Program-made: the position numbers and the translations under genes | DNA from: Sphagnum compactum | Lineage: Eukaryota | Assembly: GCA_965153455.1 (NCBI GenBank) | Contig: OZ234493.1 | Span: 11,894,213-11,958,212, forward strand | DNA: 64,000 bases | Reading direction: 5' to 3' | The notes under the pieces: model-generated | The model's database searches: none | What the model was told of the DNA's origin: nothing | Seen by the model: the letters and a program-made list of their open reading frames with translations, nothing else | In this document: piece by piece, positions 27,601 to 41,575 of the stretch | How positions within the stretch are numbered: the first letter of the stretch is position 1 | Layout of the letters: each line of letters begins with the position of its first letter

Positions 27601-30600
27601 TGAAAGAAGAGAGGTGGTGTGTTGCACACAATTGAAGATTTCATAGAGCTTTGCAAAGATGCAAAAATCTGCACTTGTTTCCATTCATGGGTTAGATTGT
27701 GGGAGTGTGTTATCATAGCTGTTTGGTCTTGATAATTAATTGAGTTACACTCTACTGTATGCGAGACCTCATGAAGGTTTTGTCATTCCAACAATGTTCT
27801 TCAATGCAAACTCTTGGATTTTGCAAGATCAGACCTTAAAGAATTGTGCCAGAGGTTCCCATCTTTTCAACACATTTATAATTAATTATTGACCCATTTA
27901 ATCACTATATTGATTCAACAAAGCTCATTCATAAATCTTTTGGGGTTTTGTATTATTTTGGGTATATGCATTCTATGTATCCCTTGCTTTTGCACACCAT
28001 GCATATATTAGGTTTGAAGTACTTAGTAAATACAACCAAATGCAAAAATTTCACCAATAGTCTCTCACCATAGACCAAATTCTATGTTGATAGGTTCTAC
28101 AATGAACATAAACAAAGATTTTTAATTTACTTTTTTTTGTTTATGATTTGTTTTGTAGAATTTATGGCGAAGAATTAACGCAGGCTATTGCATCTACAAA
28201 AGGAAATTGGAGAGTCATTCCCATACCAATTACAAATTTGATTCAACAAAAGTATGCCACACCCTCCCCATTTGTTTTTTAATTTGTCTCCCAACTTTTC
28301 ATATGTGCCAATATTGTTCTACAACCAAAATTATATAGATGGGCTATTGAGTGAGTTGGTGATTGGTTGAATGATCATGTGCAATTTGTGCTTGGGAAGA
28401 AGGTTGTTTGAGCTTTGGGCCTTGAAATTTAATGTATCACTTGGTTCTAACCATTGATATGATCATACCCAATTACACAATTACTTGATGGGTGGGTCGA
28501 TTGTGCCTTGATGTGTTTTGCAGGTGGAAAAAGCAAATCACGAGTTTTTCCATAAACTAGATGACTTTGCAGTATACACAGAAGCTAAAGTTCGTTTCCA
28601 AATGATGTTGCCTCCACCCCCTAGGAAACCTCCGGTTTATATACCCATGAAACAAAAGATGGAAAATCAAGCAAAGTTAGTTGCAGCTAAAAAAAGTGCT
28701 AAAAAGGCAGCCGAAATTAAGTCTGGAGTTCGAAAGAAATCTACAACTTAAAGTACATGTTAATTAGCCTCATTTGCCTACTCTTTTGTCAATATTTAGG
28801 GCTTAGCATTTTATCATGTTAACATAAAGTTGTTAAAATTTATTCCATTGCAGAATTGTGGCTTGTTTGTGTTGTAGTGGTGAAACATTTTATTTCAAGT
28901 ATCCTAGGGTCCCACTTGAATCATATTGAAAAGAACTTTCAAATGCTTACACTCGCAAATCACACAAATTCAATATATAATTGACATGATATTGGAATTG
29001 TTTCTTTCAATCACTTACTTCTGTTGGCTACTATATGTGAATATTTTTCATCACCACCATGTTAATTACAATATATATCTATTGGCAATGAAAATCCATG
29101 ATGCCACAAATGCAATGATGTCCTTGAAATATATTGAAGTACAAAAGAATAGTGCATTCGACATAGTATATGGATGCTTCTCAATCTTGTCTGAGCAACT
29201 ATTTTGCTATTTAAAACACTTTTTGGCCCACTTCAACATGAATGCAAGCTTCTTTCTTACCATCATGAAACCCTAAACACTCATGTCTAGACAAACACCA
29301 TGTGGCTACTAATATTAACAACATTAGAAAAATTTGCAATCTTGTTGGGAATAGGAAAATTCAACCATTATCATACATGCACACACGCATTCATACATAA
29401 AATATACATACATATGGTGGTGTATAGGGTGAGCTAGGGAGTTGGGTGTTTGCATGAAGTAGCATTTGATTATTACTGAGTAAACAAGATTGTTATTAGA
29501 GTTAGAATGTTTTTGGCTCTACAAATTTTGACATGACAATCCAACTCCAAACTCAATTTCAAGAGAGGAGGTCAACAATGTAATTATGCTTGAGACAACG
29601 GCACTCTTTTACCTCAATTACACAAGAGTAGATCAATTGCTGCTGCTTGGACATTGGGATGGCACCAACTCTCCATGAAATTATTGTACCAGAAGAAGTG
29701 TTGTCACTTCATACCAAATAAAAAATCACATATAGAAACTAAGTGGAACTAAGTGGAGCAATTTTAATAGCCTTCTTGAGCTTTCCAAAATGTACCCCAT
29801 CGTCCCTTGGGAAAGGCATAGCCACTTACACAATTCCTTGATTTTATAACTCAAAAATTACTTTGTCAAGTTTGGTTCCTTCGCTGAGATGCATTGGTTT
29901 CACAATGCATTCGACCACCACCTCAAAGGGAGGGAAGATAAACACTATGATGAATTACTAACCCCAAACATCTACCCTTCTTGTATTGAAACAACCCTCG
30001 TGGTCACATAAGGATCCTTTAGTTCCCAATTACCTCAACACCTCACATTCAATGGACATCAAACATGTGATCATGGCAAGTCTAACTTTTGCCAATGTAT
30101 AAGAATTATTCACCCACTCGTCCATTTTGTCACATGGAACCTTAACACATATTTTTATAACAATGTGTTATCTTTAATAACAAATGTTTGTTCAACAAAT
30201 TACCTTGCCCACTTTGACAAGATTGAATAGTGCATTCAACACTTGAATTACTCAATAGATTGTGTGCCAAATATTAGGCCTAAAGACATTTGCGGAATTT
30301 CTTAGTAAATATTGAATTCAAGAGATTTTAATTATCTTAGATCTGAACACTTCCAATTCCCACTAGTCCACTCCATGATATGACTAATTAGATCTCGGCA
30401 AGTGACATTCAATGTCGTTAGATTTTTGAACTTTTGGAGGTGAAACCACTTATCAATTTTCACATCCTTGGGTTCCAAAAATGGGGAAGGCCTTGACTTC
30501 CAAAATGTCAATGATACATAATACAAAATTTTGAGAATAACATGTTCAATAACAAGGTCACCACGAAGGAAAGATATAAGTGTCCCATTCATCTCTTTCA

Positions 30601-32794
30601 CAACCTCATAACTTTTCAATAGAAGGCAAAGAATTAAGTATGTTGGATAAACCCCAATTATTAAAAGTTTACCCAAAGATTTATTAATTTTTGAGCTTTT
30701 CTCTCTATTTGTGTTGTACGAGATTTTTGTCTCCTTACTTTGTGTTTAGAGAACATATGATGGTTGTGGTATATATATTGCTATATTTTAATATTAAAAA
30801 AATTCAATCTAAACTAACCAATTGAATGATAGTCTCATCTAATAGAACTTTAAGAAGCTTTTTGTAAATGTTTACATTCTTTATAATTAAAAAGTTGAAT
30901 GTTTGTTTTTGGACTCTAGCATTCTCTAAAATGTACATAGTTCACACCTTTTTTAGATTTTATCAAATGTGAACTTGAAAACATATTTGGAGTCAAAAAA
31001 TTTATAACTTTTTTTGTTTTTTTTGAGTTCTTTAAACTAGGTTGCCTCTCCAACACATGTTATTAACTATGCCCCCAAAGTTGCTTGCACATGTGCATTT
31101 TTGCATAGGGTATGTATTTGAAATTGATGGACAACAATTTTGGGATATATCTAAATAATCTATTGGTGGAAAAAAAAAATCTTTATACAACAAGGATGCA
31201 TATTGCATGAGTGAAATTTATATATTTAGGTCAATTTTTAAATATGTTGTTTGAGTTGGGTTCCAATACCTTTAACTCGAATAGTTATCAAGTTATCAAG
31301 TTTTATATATTTATATATAATATAGTTATCAAGTTCCAACAACAATTGGGATGTACCTATGAGATGTATATGGCAATGAATAAACAATAACGACCATGGC
31401 AATATGCGTCATAAGATCCCAATGAAACACAAAGAATCCATTGTTTGATGATACAAATACGATTTAGAGTGGTGTGATGTGAGTTAATGTTATGCCAAGT
31501 TTTGTACTTGGGGATGTAAATAACTAGTGAGATATCATTTAGATCTAAGGGGAAATTTAAATCTAGCAACCACACCTTGCTTAGTATGATAAACATAAAT
31601 CTTTTAAAAATGTAATTCTACCTTCTTTCAAAAGTTTCACCTTCCTTCTTAAAATCTTGATTTTTTAAACACAAGTTAATTGTTAGGAAAGGTTGCTAAA
31701 GATGATCTTGAAAGATATTATGAATTTTAAAAAGTTGGAAAACAAACATAAAACATTGCTCCCAATTTCTTAGTGAATTTGAAGTATATATTATAAAACA
31801 TAATAACATAGCAGGCATTTTGTAAAATAAAATAGCCACCATACAACAATACGACATGCATATTTTTATTCAACCTTGAAATTATACTTCTAATGATCAT
31901 TGCAATAACTAGACATAAAATTGCTTATGTAAGACTCCAATCGTTTCACAAAGAAAAAATATGGTTTGCAATGAACAAGGGCATGCATGTGAAACCTAGA
32001 AGTTCAAGGCTCGATGTGATATATGGATAAATGTCATCCAAGTATGTTTCCAAGTGCATGACATCATATACTATGTTTCAACAATAGATTTTTATTTTTT
32101 TCAATTCTCACAACACAACAATTTATTTGATTACCAATCATATTACAACAATACAAATCAAAATTCAGAATTAAAAAATGTTATTACCTTTGCAAAAATT
32201 AGACATTTAACAAACATGATGATAATATTTGTCATTTTATAGTTTGAAAATGATAATTTAAAATTTATTATCAAAATTTTAATTAACATTATGTAAAATG
32301 TGTAATTAATAATAAAAAAAGGTAATTATTAAGTATAAAAACTAAATTCAAATATTGCTAAACATTTGTGTTATTGTTTTAGCTTCTCAAGGATTTAGAC
32401 ATGATGGTTTAATTATTAAATCTCCTATGCATTTTAAATCAAATTTTTTTTTTTCTTTTTCATTTCACTAGAAAACATGGTGATTTGAAAAATCGTGTTT
32501 GTATATATACACAACTTACAAAAGAAAAAATATTTTAATAAGTTATTAGATTTAACATTGAGGAATCATATTATTCGTAACATTTCAAACATGACATTTA
32601 TATCAATACTTAATGAAATTAGAAAAAAAATACATTTAATAACACCATGTTTTGCATTTTTGTGCAAAGATTCCAACTTAAAGGATAGGAACAATATGTG
32701 ATACATGGGAGAATCATAAAATTAAACATATTTTAATCTTTTATAAAATGTATTGTCATGAATAACATATGAGAATTCTTCAATTGTTGATGTT

Positions 32795-34080
32795 GAATTT
32801 AAGGTTTAGGGTTTGAGGTTTTTTTAGTTTGGTTTACAATAGGTTGTAGGGTTTGAGGGTTGGGAGTTCAGGTTTTTAAGTGAATGTTTAGGTTCAAAGG
32901 TTTGAGTCTAAGGCATTGGGTTTTAAGGTTTCAAACAAAATAAATGAAGCACAACCACAAAGAATAATTTTAAAAAAGGTTTCAAGAAAATTTCAAAATC
33001 AAAGTCCCGTGGACTTCCTTGTTACAAGTCATCTTATTTAAAACTAAATATAAAATTTTAAGACATTAAAAAAAAAATTGAAAAGTAAATAATGAGCATT
33101 AATTCCTTAAGCATTCGTGCATTACAATCCAATTTAGACGTTTTAAAATATTATTATGCTATTGGAAACATTATTATTTCATGATATACAATGTTTTCTA
33201 ACTGAAAAAAAACTAACAAACCATATGTATATTGTTGTCAAAAAATATCAACTTCAAATTGTTTGTGAAATAAACATGTAGATTTATCTATAATATATGT
33301 GAATTAAGAATTAATCATGATATTTCTTTAAAATTATTTTTGATTTCAAAGAAGATAATTAAACATAAAAAACCCAAATGATGAACACCCTGAACAATTT
33401 ACAAGACATACAATTTGATGCACCTATAAACACATTGATGATAATAAATAATCAAACCAATGTAAACCCTAAACCTTACATGTTAAACTATAGAGTCAAA
33501 CCCAAGAAATCTAAACCCTAACCTAGTTACTTAGATCATAAACCCTAAGATAACCCTAAAGCCTTAGATACTAAACTTTTTCAAATCACCAAAACCTAAA
33601 CCCTAAACCTTTAAACTTTGCCCTAAAACTTTTAAATACTAACCCTGAACCACTAAAACCCAAAACCCAGCATAAGTTGAAAACCTTAAAACCTTACACC
33701 CTAAAAATCTAAACCCTAAACTCCAACCATAAAAACCTAAACCTTCAATTTAAACCCTAAATCTGGAAAGTCTAAACCCTAAAACCACTAACTTCAAAAG
33801 TTGAACATAGACCATAAACTGTCAATTTTAAATCCTAAACTCAAATCACAAAAGCTTAAACCCTCACATGAAAACCTAAACCTCGAACCCTAAAAGGGTA
33901 ACCCATGAAGCACAACCCTAAAACTTAAACATGTAAAAGCTAACCAAAAACAGTAAAACCCTAAACTCAAACTCAGAACACAAAATCTAAACAATACGCT
34001 GAACACCTAAATCATAAAACCTCGAACCCTACAAGCTAACTCACCCCTAAAACCTAAAGCCAAACCCTAAAACTTAAATT
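32795..34080. repeat. Degenerate interstitial plant-telomere-like repeats (TTTAGGG-like at 32.80-32.93 kb; CCCTAAA-like at 33.46-34.08 kb)
   Basis: Many aaaccctaaa/aaacctaaa words from 33460, and opposite-orientation ggtttaggg words at ~32800-32930. Confidence 0.7.
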
Positions 34081-36817
34081 TAAATATGAAAATCCTTTTC
34101 TTGCAACATGAGAATAGTGCACTACTCTTCTACTTATAACAGAATATTAGCTCATAAAATGATGAAAAGATCATGAATTTTAACCAACAGCATTTAACAT
34201 AAAATATGTCATATGATGTATTTTATTGAAGTATATCAATAAAATGGGGCAAGACCTATGTGCTAATTCAACGCATTGTTGTCCACAGATAGAGATTGAT
34301 GATTAAACACAAGAAATCTCCAAAAACATTATTTAAAATTTGCAAATGTCGTTAAAAAACATAGACCAATGGAATTGAATACTGTTGCAGCATGAGAGGA
34401 AGATCAAGAGGAAGATCATGTTGGCTGCAAACAGAGTTAGCAAACATCGTTCAGTTCCTTAACTCCAAGCATGGAATATTTTGTATTTTCCATTGTGGAG
34501 AAATAACAAATGTTGTGCATTGAAATCTTGGGAGATGTAGGATTGTGAGGTATGTTACCCCATGTTCACATTCGAAGGCAATGCATTTGCTGCTACAACA
34601 AAGATGTTGGGCTCAACACCAAATGTTGTGGCCTTTGCATACCACAACTAGTGTGAGATTTGATGACCTTGATCAGTCATGGAATGCCCTGTTTCAGAAT
34701 GCGGCCTGTAGAGTGCCAATTCCATGTCCAACAGCATCCCTAGTTGCCACCAACAACTGGCATCTTCAGCTGCACCCTGAACACATATATAGACAATCTG
34801 TAGTGAGATTCCTTCTGATTGATGATGTCTTTCACAATGGGGTTTCAATAGTTTTCTAGAATTCACTAGTATTGAGCCAAGGAATTTATATGTGCAGCTA
34901 TAGATGACATAGTCAATCTAACCGTAAAGCTCAAATGCAAGTCTGCTTAAGTAAATGCTGTTCAAGATGTATTTGTTGATAGTAGATTTTTTCAAGAGGT
35001 AATATGTTCAAGCTTCCAAAACTTTGATATGGAGCCAGCCCCATATGATCAGACCATGGGTATTGTTGCATGAACTTCCACAGAAGTTTTGAGGTTTGGA
35101 AACACTCACCTAAGACCAAACAAAAGAACTCATTGTAGGAGTGTTGGAGCTCAGAACCCAGTTGTAGTCAGAGAGAGTGCTTCAAAACCATGCAAGGATG
35201 TTGATCGCTTACTTGATGAGCCCCTGAAGAGGAGAAGTTGAATGTGGAGGAGGAGCTTAAGGTGGGCAGTTCTTGTTGAGCTTCATCTCCTTTCTCAGAT
35301 TGTGGCATTGTCTTTCTTTGGAGATGAGGAGCTGAACATATCAATTAACACATTTCTTGCACTTGTAGCATATGCATCTCAACAACCTCATCACTCTCAC
35401 ACTAAGAAGATCATGCCAAACTTCTGCAGAAAGTTGAGGTCAAGCCATTTGACCACAAGCCAATTTCCAGGTCCAAACGATCTGAGAACTGAGTGTTTCA
35501 ATGCACACAATACTACAGCATACAGTGAGATGTGAAGCAAGGCTAGAAGATCACACACATCAGCCACTCAATGCCTTTTGCTACTCATGCAGTGCTTACT
35601 TCATGTCCTTGAGTAAGATTCAAAAAGTTGATTTCTGTTCATGCTTCTCCACCTTTAGAAAGGCTTGAATCTGTGACTTGGACATCTTGTGCCGGGGGAT
35701 GCAGTTTGGTACATTGGTAGCAAAACAACAGAATTCACACAAGAGTATTGTAAGAATTGCTTTCCCTTAGACTTGAGGTTCATGTTCCACAAGGAATGTG
35801 TATCTTTATAGCACATGGAAAACAGAGTACAGAAACCTGGGCTGACCAGTGCATAGCTGAAGACACATTTGTACATTTTCCATTAGAGTCTACTGAAAGA
35901 AATGCACATACTCTGAAACATTGGTGCATTCTATGGTTTGCATACTGAAGTAAAATGCATACCCAACAGTGGCACATCTAGGATTTGCACATATCTTATA
36001 CAATGCCAGCAAAATGACATTGCTATGAAACAGAAAATTGTGTTTTTTCTTACCTTTCCTGGTCTAGAATCCATGCAGCAGCACTTGATCATTTCCTGCA
36101 CGATCATCCTCATCATCATCATCATTTTGATTGTAGTAGTTTTGAAAACACTAAAGGACAAATAATTCTCTTCCTGATGATGATGATGCTGGTGATGATG
36201 GCGATGATGGTAGGAAGAGTTTTGCTGCTAGAGAGGCATGAATTGAATGCAGTTGTGCAGAGTGTGGTGGCCTGCAGCAGGTGATTGATTTTCCTGATCA
36301 AAAGAGTTGTAGAACTGCCATAGTTTGCTCCCAACTGCATCAGAACTCTCCTGTACATGAAAGAAATGCAAACAATTGAGAAAGCAGCTCAGAATTCAGG
36401 AAGCATTTTGACACCGCTTTCTCTCAGAATGCAGGTCCCTTTCTCTCCCTCTCTCACACGCACACACACACACAAGAAAAGATAATGAGCATGGGCAGCA
36501 AGCAGTTTAGGGTTTAGAAGAAGAAGAAGAAGAAGCTCCCAAGGAAAAATATTCTAGCAAAACATTGATGGACAATTTTCTCTTACCAATCTGAAAGGAA
36601 AAATCTTGCACATGGGAAGGGAAAGTCACAAAGCTACTACGTTGATGACATCTTGCAAAAGGCTTTGAGTCGAGAAGAGAAGATCACAACCCTAAACATA
36701 CCAGATCTGATCTGAGAAGCAGAAGATGTAAGAGCATACAGTGCAACGGCATTGCACGGACGAGCTGTTTCCTCACACAGAAACAGTGAAGAGTTGGAAG
36801 GAAAAATCATAGAATAG

Positions 36818-39014
36818 ATGGGAGACGAGGAGAAGGAGGAGAACCCTGTGGTGATGGAAATGGAATGGGTGGATTCCATTGAATGGGCTGCGATTGAACT
36901 TGCACTTGCTTCCGCTCAAAGACGTGTTGTTGCTCTTCCTTCTTCAAACGCTCTTGTTGGAGCAGGTGACAGAAGAGATCCACAAGGGGCACAGAGTCCA
37001 AAACAGACAACCACCCCTGAGAGTGCACATGACGTGATTGCCTCCAAGCAACCTATGGCAACCACAATAACGCCATGTCGAAGAGGATGTGAGCTCAGAG
37101 AGCCCTATGGAGGCGGAGCAGGAGGATGGAGAGAGGTTGTCGCTGCCACAAGTGATGACAGACAGCGAGAAACAAATAATGCCGCAGCAGCAGCGAGAGA
37201 ATGTGAAGGAGGTTCCGGTCACACAAAGAGGCAACGCAGATCCTTGCCAGCAGCTTGGGGACAGACTAATCTAAGTCAGCTCACAGATCCATGGCAAACA
37301 ACAAATGCAGGTAAACAATTGCTGCTAGCATTTCACCATCTCTGCAACATATGATTGATTCTGTGAAAAATGTCATTACGGATTAGCAATCTCTCTCTGC
37401 AGGCAAGGTGAAAAGCAAGTTGCCATTGCTGCAGTTCAAGGGTCGCATAGTGTACAGCAAGTCAGAAGCAGAGGTAAATATGGCTGCAGAAGAGATCTTG
37501 GAAATCGTAAGAGGGAAGAGACAGGAAGCAACAGCAGCAGAAGTGGCCATGGGGTTTGACACCGAATGGAAAGCTTCATTCCAGAGAGGTAGGTAAAAAC
37601 TCAATCCATTTCTGATTAGGGTTTGAAGTTCTTGTTTGGCAAGGGAACAGATTGTTGATTGTGTAATTTTATTTTTGTCTGATGATCTAATTCTAAGAAT
37701 CATTGTTTGGAAAGAGATTTCTCCAGGGGAAGGAGCAGGGAAGGTTGCTGTTGTGCAACTGTGCTTGGAAGCAAGCCGATGTGATGTGATGCATATCAAA
37801 CACTCAGGCATTCCTCCTTCCCTTCTTAGCATCTTACAAGACTCTACCATTCTCAAGGTAGGCGGCTCTCAAGACTTTCTATTCTCCAGCAAAGAAAATT
37901 TCACCTTCAATACTATCCCCACAAAGTCCAATCAATCAATGTGCAATGTACAACCTGTCAATGTTGCAAATCCTTAATGAGGTGTGGAGATTTGCGTCTG
38001 ACAACCTGAAACATAATATGAGCTTTGCATCTGACAACTTGAAGAAGCAGTTCTGTCTCATGCTATGTTTAAGACAGATCCTTCTCTCTGTTTGTCTGCC
38101 CCCCACCCCTAGATCCTCATATGCATGTCTTCATCTTATGTGTAAAAGATTCTTCACATGCACCTGCAGAATCTGACCTAAGAATTGACAGGTTGGGGTA
38201 GGTATACATGGAGATGCTGCAAAGCTGCGACAAGACTATCAGATCTGGACACATGGGCTGGTGGATCTCTCCATCCTTGCTAATGCGAAGCTCACAAGTG
38301 ACCCACATGCAGTCAAGCAGTGGAGCCTCTCCAGTCTTGCACAGGAGCTAACGTGTAAGCAGGTCTGGTGATCTATTGTTTCCTTTACTACTGGAAGAAA
38401 GATAATGATCATCTTATGTATTGGATCAGAGATGTGTGTTCTCTTTCGCTTACTTGCATGACTATTCCTGAACTAGGTAATACATTGGAGGAGAATGCTG
38501 TGCTTTTTCCTATGTCCATGGGAAGAAATTAGGGTTTCAGGGTTTTGAGGCAAAATGCCACTCACAGAATGCAAAGACACTGATGATTTGAAACCAGTTT
38601 TGCAAATGTTGGTTGTATCAACAGGTTGAGAAAGTGCAAAGCATTCGAACTGGAGACTGGGAAGCTGACCCATTGTCACAACCACAACTGTTGTATGCAG
38701 CAACTGATGCATTTGCATCATGGCATCTTTATCAGGTTACCCCTCCCCCCCACCATCATCACTGCTGCCCTTATTTACTCCATTCAATTCTCTGCAACCA
38801 TCATGTCAGCTAAAACAATCTTGTGGTTTCCAATTTGAGCAGTGGCTAATATTGTACAAATGTGGATATGGAAAAAAGAGAGGTGAAAGAAAGCTGGCTA
38901 AGCAATCCATCTGCACCACACCTGTTGCAGGTGCTTAAGTCCTTTCCTGACCCTGTGATAAGTTCATTGCCAGAGGGCAATTCTGATGTGAGCAAGTGCA
39001 AACCAGTTTCGTAG
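36818..39014 (+). CDS. WEX: Werner syndrome-like 3'-5' exonuclease (DEDDy); exons 36818-37310, 37403-37588, 37727-37857, 38192-38362, 38625-38735, 38931-39014
   Basis: FKGRIVYS, ExoI MGFDTEW, KVAVVQLC, KVGVGIHGDAAKL, ExoIII DWEADPLS..QLLYAATDA. GT-AG introns in frame. Confidence 0.92.
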
Positions 39015-40022
39015 CACTCGTGCACCGAGAAGAGATTGTGAAAACCTCACCAGCTTGCCCTTATGTCTACACCATCCTGCAATGCAAGCAGACTTTCAAC
39101 AGAAATGATCATAAGTACAGATACAAGCATATGAGCAGGGGAAGTGCAAGCTGCAAATGGTGAGCACTTGTATTGGTCCTGCTACTTCATTATTTCCTAT
39201 TTAGGAACTCTGGTGTTGTAAACATCCAGAGTCAAAAAAATATTCTGGACAAAAACTTGCAACTCATGGCCAATGCATTGCCATTGATGACCTGCTTGTC
39301 CACACAGTAGAATGCACATGCAAGCTGATCAGGCAAAAGTTCAAAGGGCAAGGACTAGATTAGGTGTGATCCATTGAAATTGACTGCAAAAACATGCAAA
39401 AAGTTGTATTTGCAGCAACTTGATGGTCTCATACAAAATTCTCACATTTGGAAGCTATCCTGATACAATCTATGAAACAGAAAGTCAAATCCCAGCTTCA
39501 AATCAACATGGTGTTGATAGATATAATATTTCCCATAAGAATCAAGAAATCTCCAATCTCACAATAAGAAAAATCAAAGCAAGGTGAACTCTTCAACCAG
39601 TCACAGAGAATTCCAAAGAAGGAAAAACAAAACAGAGAACAAAGGACCAAGAAACAAAAACTGAAAAAGATCTAAAAACAAAATAAAAAACTTATGCAGT
39701 ATGAACAACAGAGCCAGTCTCACACCTGTTCAGGGATCATTAACAGTAGCATGCATTATAGTGACTTCTCTATCACAACTTCCCCACTGAATTCATCAGC
39801 TCCCTGCAGTTGGTAAAGGCCAGTGAAAACACTAACTTGCATACCAAGTTTCTGCTGCAAATCCGGAAGCAATGGCAAGACTCAGCCATGCTACTGGCTA
39901 GCAACAAATGACAACACAAGGAGATAACAAAAAACAGAAAGACACAATAGGATAGACAAAACACACAGAAAAGGACAGCAGGGAAGAACAAAGACCAAGT
40001 GGGCTTACAAGAAGCTCCCCAC

Positions 40023-40295
40023 TTACAAGACTATACAGAATTGTTCAGAATACTGCAAATGCTGAAATTCCAAAAAGGAATTTTTCTTATCAAGCAACCC
40101 TCTAGTCCTTTTATACAGAATCTTTAGAGGGTAGCCTTTATTCTTCAGAAGGACAATAAGACTGACCATCTGAGAGACAAAGAACTCTTTACAACTACAA
40201 AGCCTCAAAAATCTGTAAAATTGACTATTGATAACTCCCAACTTAGCAGTATTTGAGATATGAAATGAACTTGAGGCATATGAATCAAAAGGCAT
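40023..40295 (-). mobile_element. Penelope-like element RT C-terminal (thumb/linker) fragment
   Basis: S.HISNTAKLGVINSQFYRFLRLCS...F......L...L.NKGYP matches the remembered PLE post-RT consensus. No RT core and no GIY-YIG domain seen. Confidence 0.65.
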
Positions 40296-40466
40296 TGCTT
40301 GTTACAACTCAAAGATCACAGTGCCGGCACTTGCAGAGAGTCACCTCCAACAAAACCTTCGAATGCCTTACAACAGACTGGGACTCTGCTCTTGACCTTA
40401 AAATAGGCCCCAAAGCCAAAGACACAGACAAGAAAAACAGAAAAACACACTACCAAGAGAAGACAA

Positions 40467-40787
40467 AGAACTCTCCTGATCAGTTTAAGACTTGTCAAAC
40501 TTCAGAATGACTCTCTCAGGAGCTAAAGCCTTACTACTTTGAACCCACAAGAGAACCTTACAGGTAAGCAAAGGATGTCTTAAAGAATAAGGAAAGGACT
40601 TTTAACAAGTAGAGACCTAAAAGTGAAAACAAGAGAAGGAAAAACAGACACAAGCAAAAGGGAGACAGAACTCTCCTAAACACTTAAAGACTTGTAAGAC
40701 TTTAGAATGACCCTCCGAGGAGCTAAAACCTTACTACTCTCGACCTGCAAGAGAACTTTACAGGTAAACAAAGCATGTCTTTAAGAA
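40467..40787. repeat. Two ~120-bp direct repeats spaced ~200 bp apart, next to the PLE fragment
   Basis: agaactctcct...agaatgac...ggagctaaa.ccttactact...caagagaac.ttacaggtaa.caaag.atgtctt.aagaa at 40467-40587 and 40667-40787. Confidence 0.85.
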
Positions 40788-41575
40788 GACAGCTTGACAG
40801 AGAAGCAAAAAAGAAAACAGGAGAAGAAAAACTGGACACAAAGAGAAAACCTTTTTCTGGAAGGGACCATGACTTTAGAAAAAGATAAACCCTGCTTTAG
40901 AAAATGGACCATCCTTATTACCCAATATAGGTAGCTGGAGGGGCCTTACGCTCCCAAAAGATAAACCTTGAAGTGCCCAGCTGATAGGTGTAAGTAACCA
41001 TCTCCTTGCACACTCCAGGAGCACTCAATTAATCCTTCATTTTGCAGTCTAAGATGAGATCTGAGCTGAGACCAAGAACAAGTATACAGAGATGCAACAC
41101 AACTGTTATCCTGGCTCATGACATAATTTGTCATTCAAGAGAGTGTTCTCCCTGCCACACACCGGACCTTCAAAGTACACTAAAGTAGCTATAGTATTCT
41201 CAAGCAACACAGGCATCTGCAAGGCATAAGCAGGGTGTTCCTTCTAGGGATCTATTCCTCAACAGCATTTTCTTTCATGAATTTTCTATAAAGAGAGAAC
41301 TGTTTCCTAGAATGCAGATAATCCAGCTACATAGTCAAACCCCGGAATTGGCAGCTCCTTGCAGAATGTGGAAATACCACCACAGTCCATATATTTGCAC
41401 TTCAGGTATACTACAAATTAAACCCACGGACAACACAGCAGCCAGGTGATGAAAATCCTGATAATATGCCAGATCTGCAAGATCCATTGAAACCTTGAGC
41501 AAGGGGGGTGAATGCACAGTACTATGGCAGTTCTCAGGTAGTGTATAGGTGTACTATGTATCCAAAACTTGAACA

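Noticed and set aside
33000-33300. Possible Helitron PIF1 helicase C-terminal remnant
   Set aside because: Too degenerate; no convincing motif could be read.
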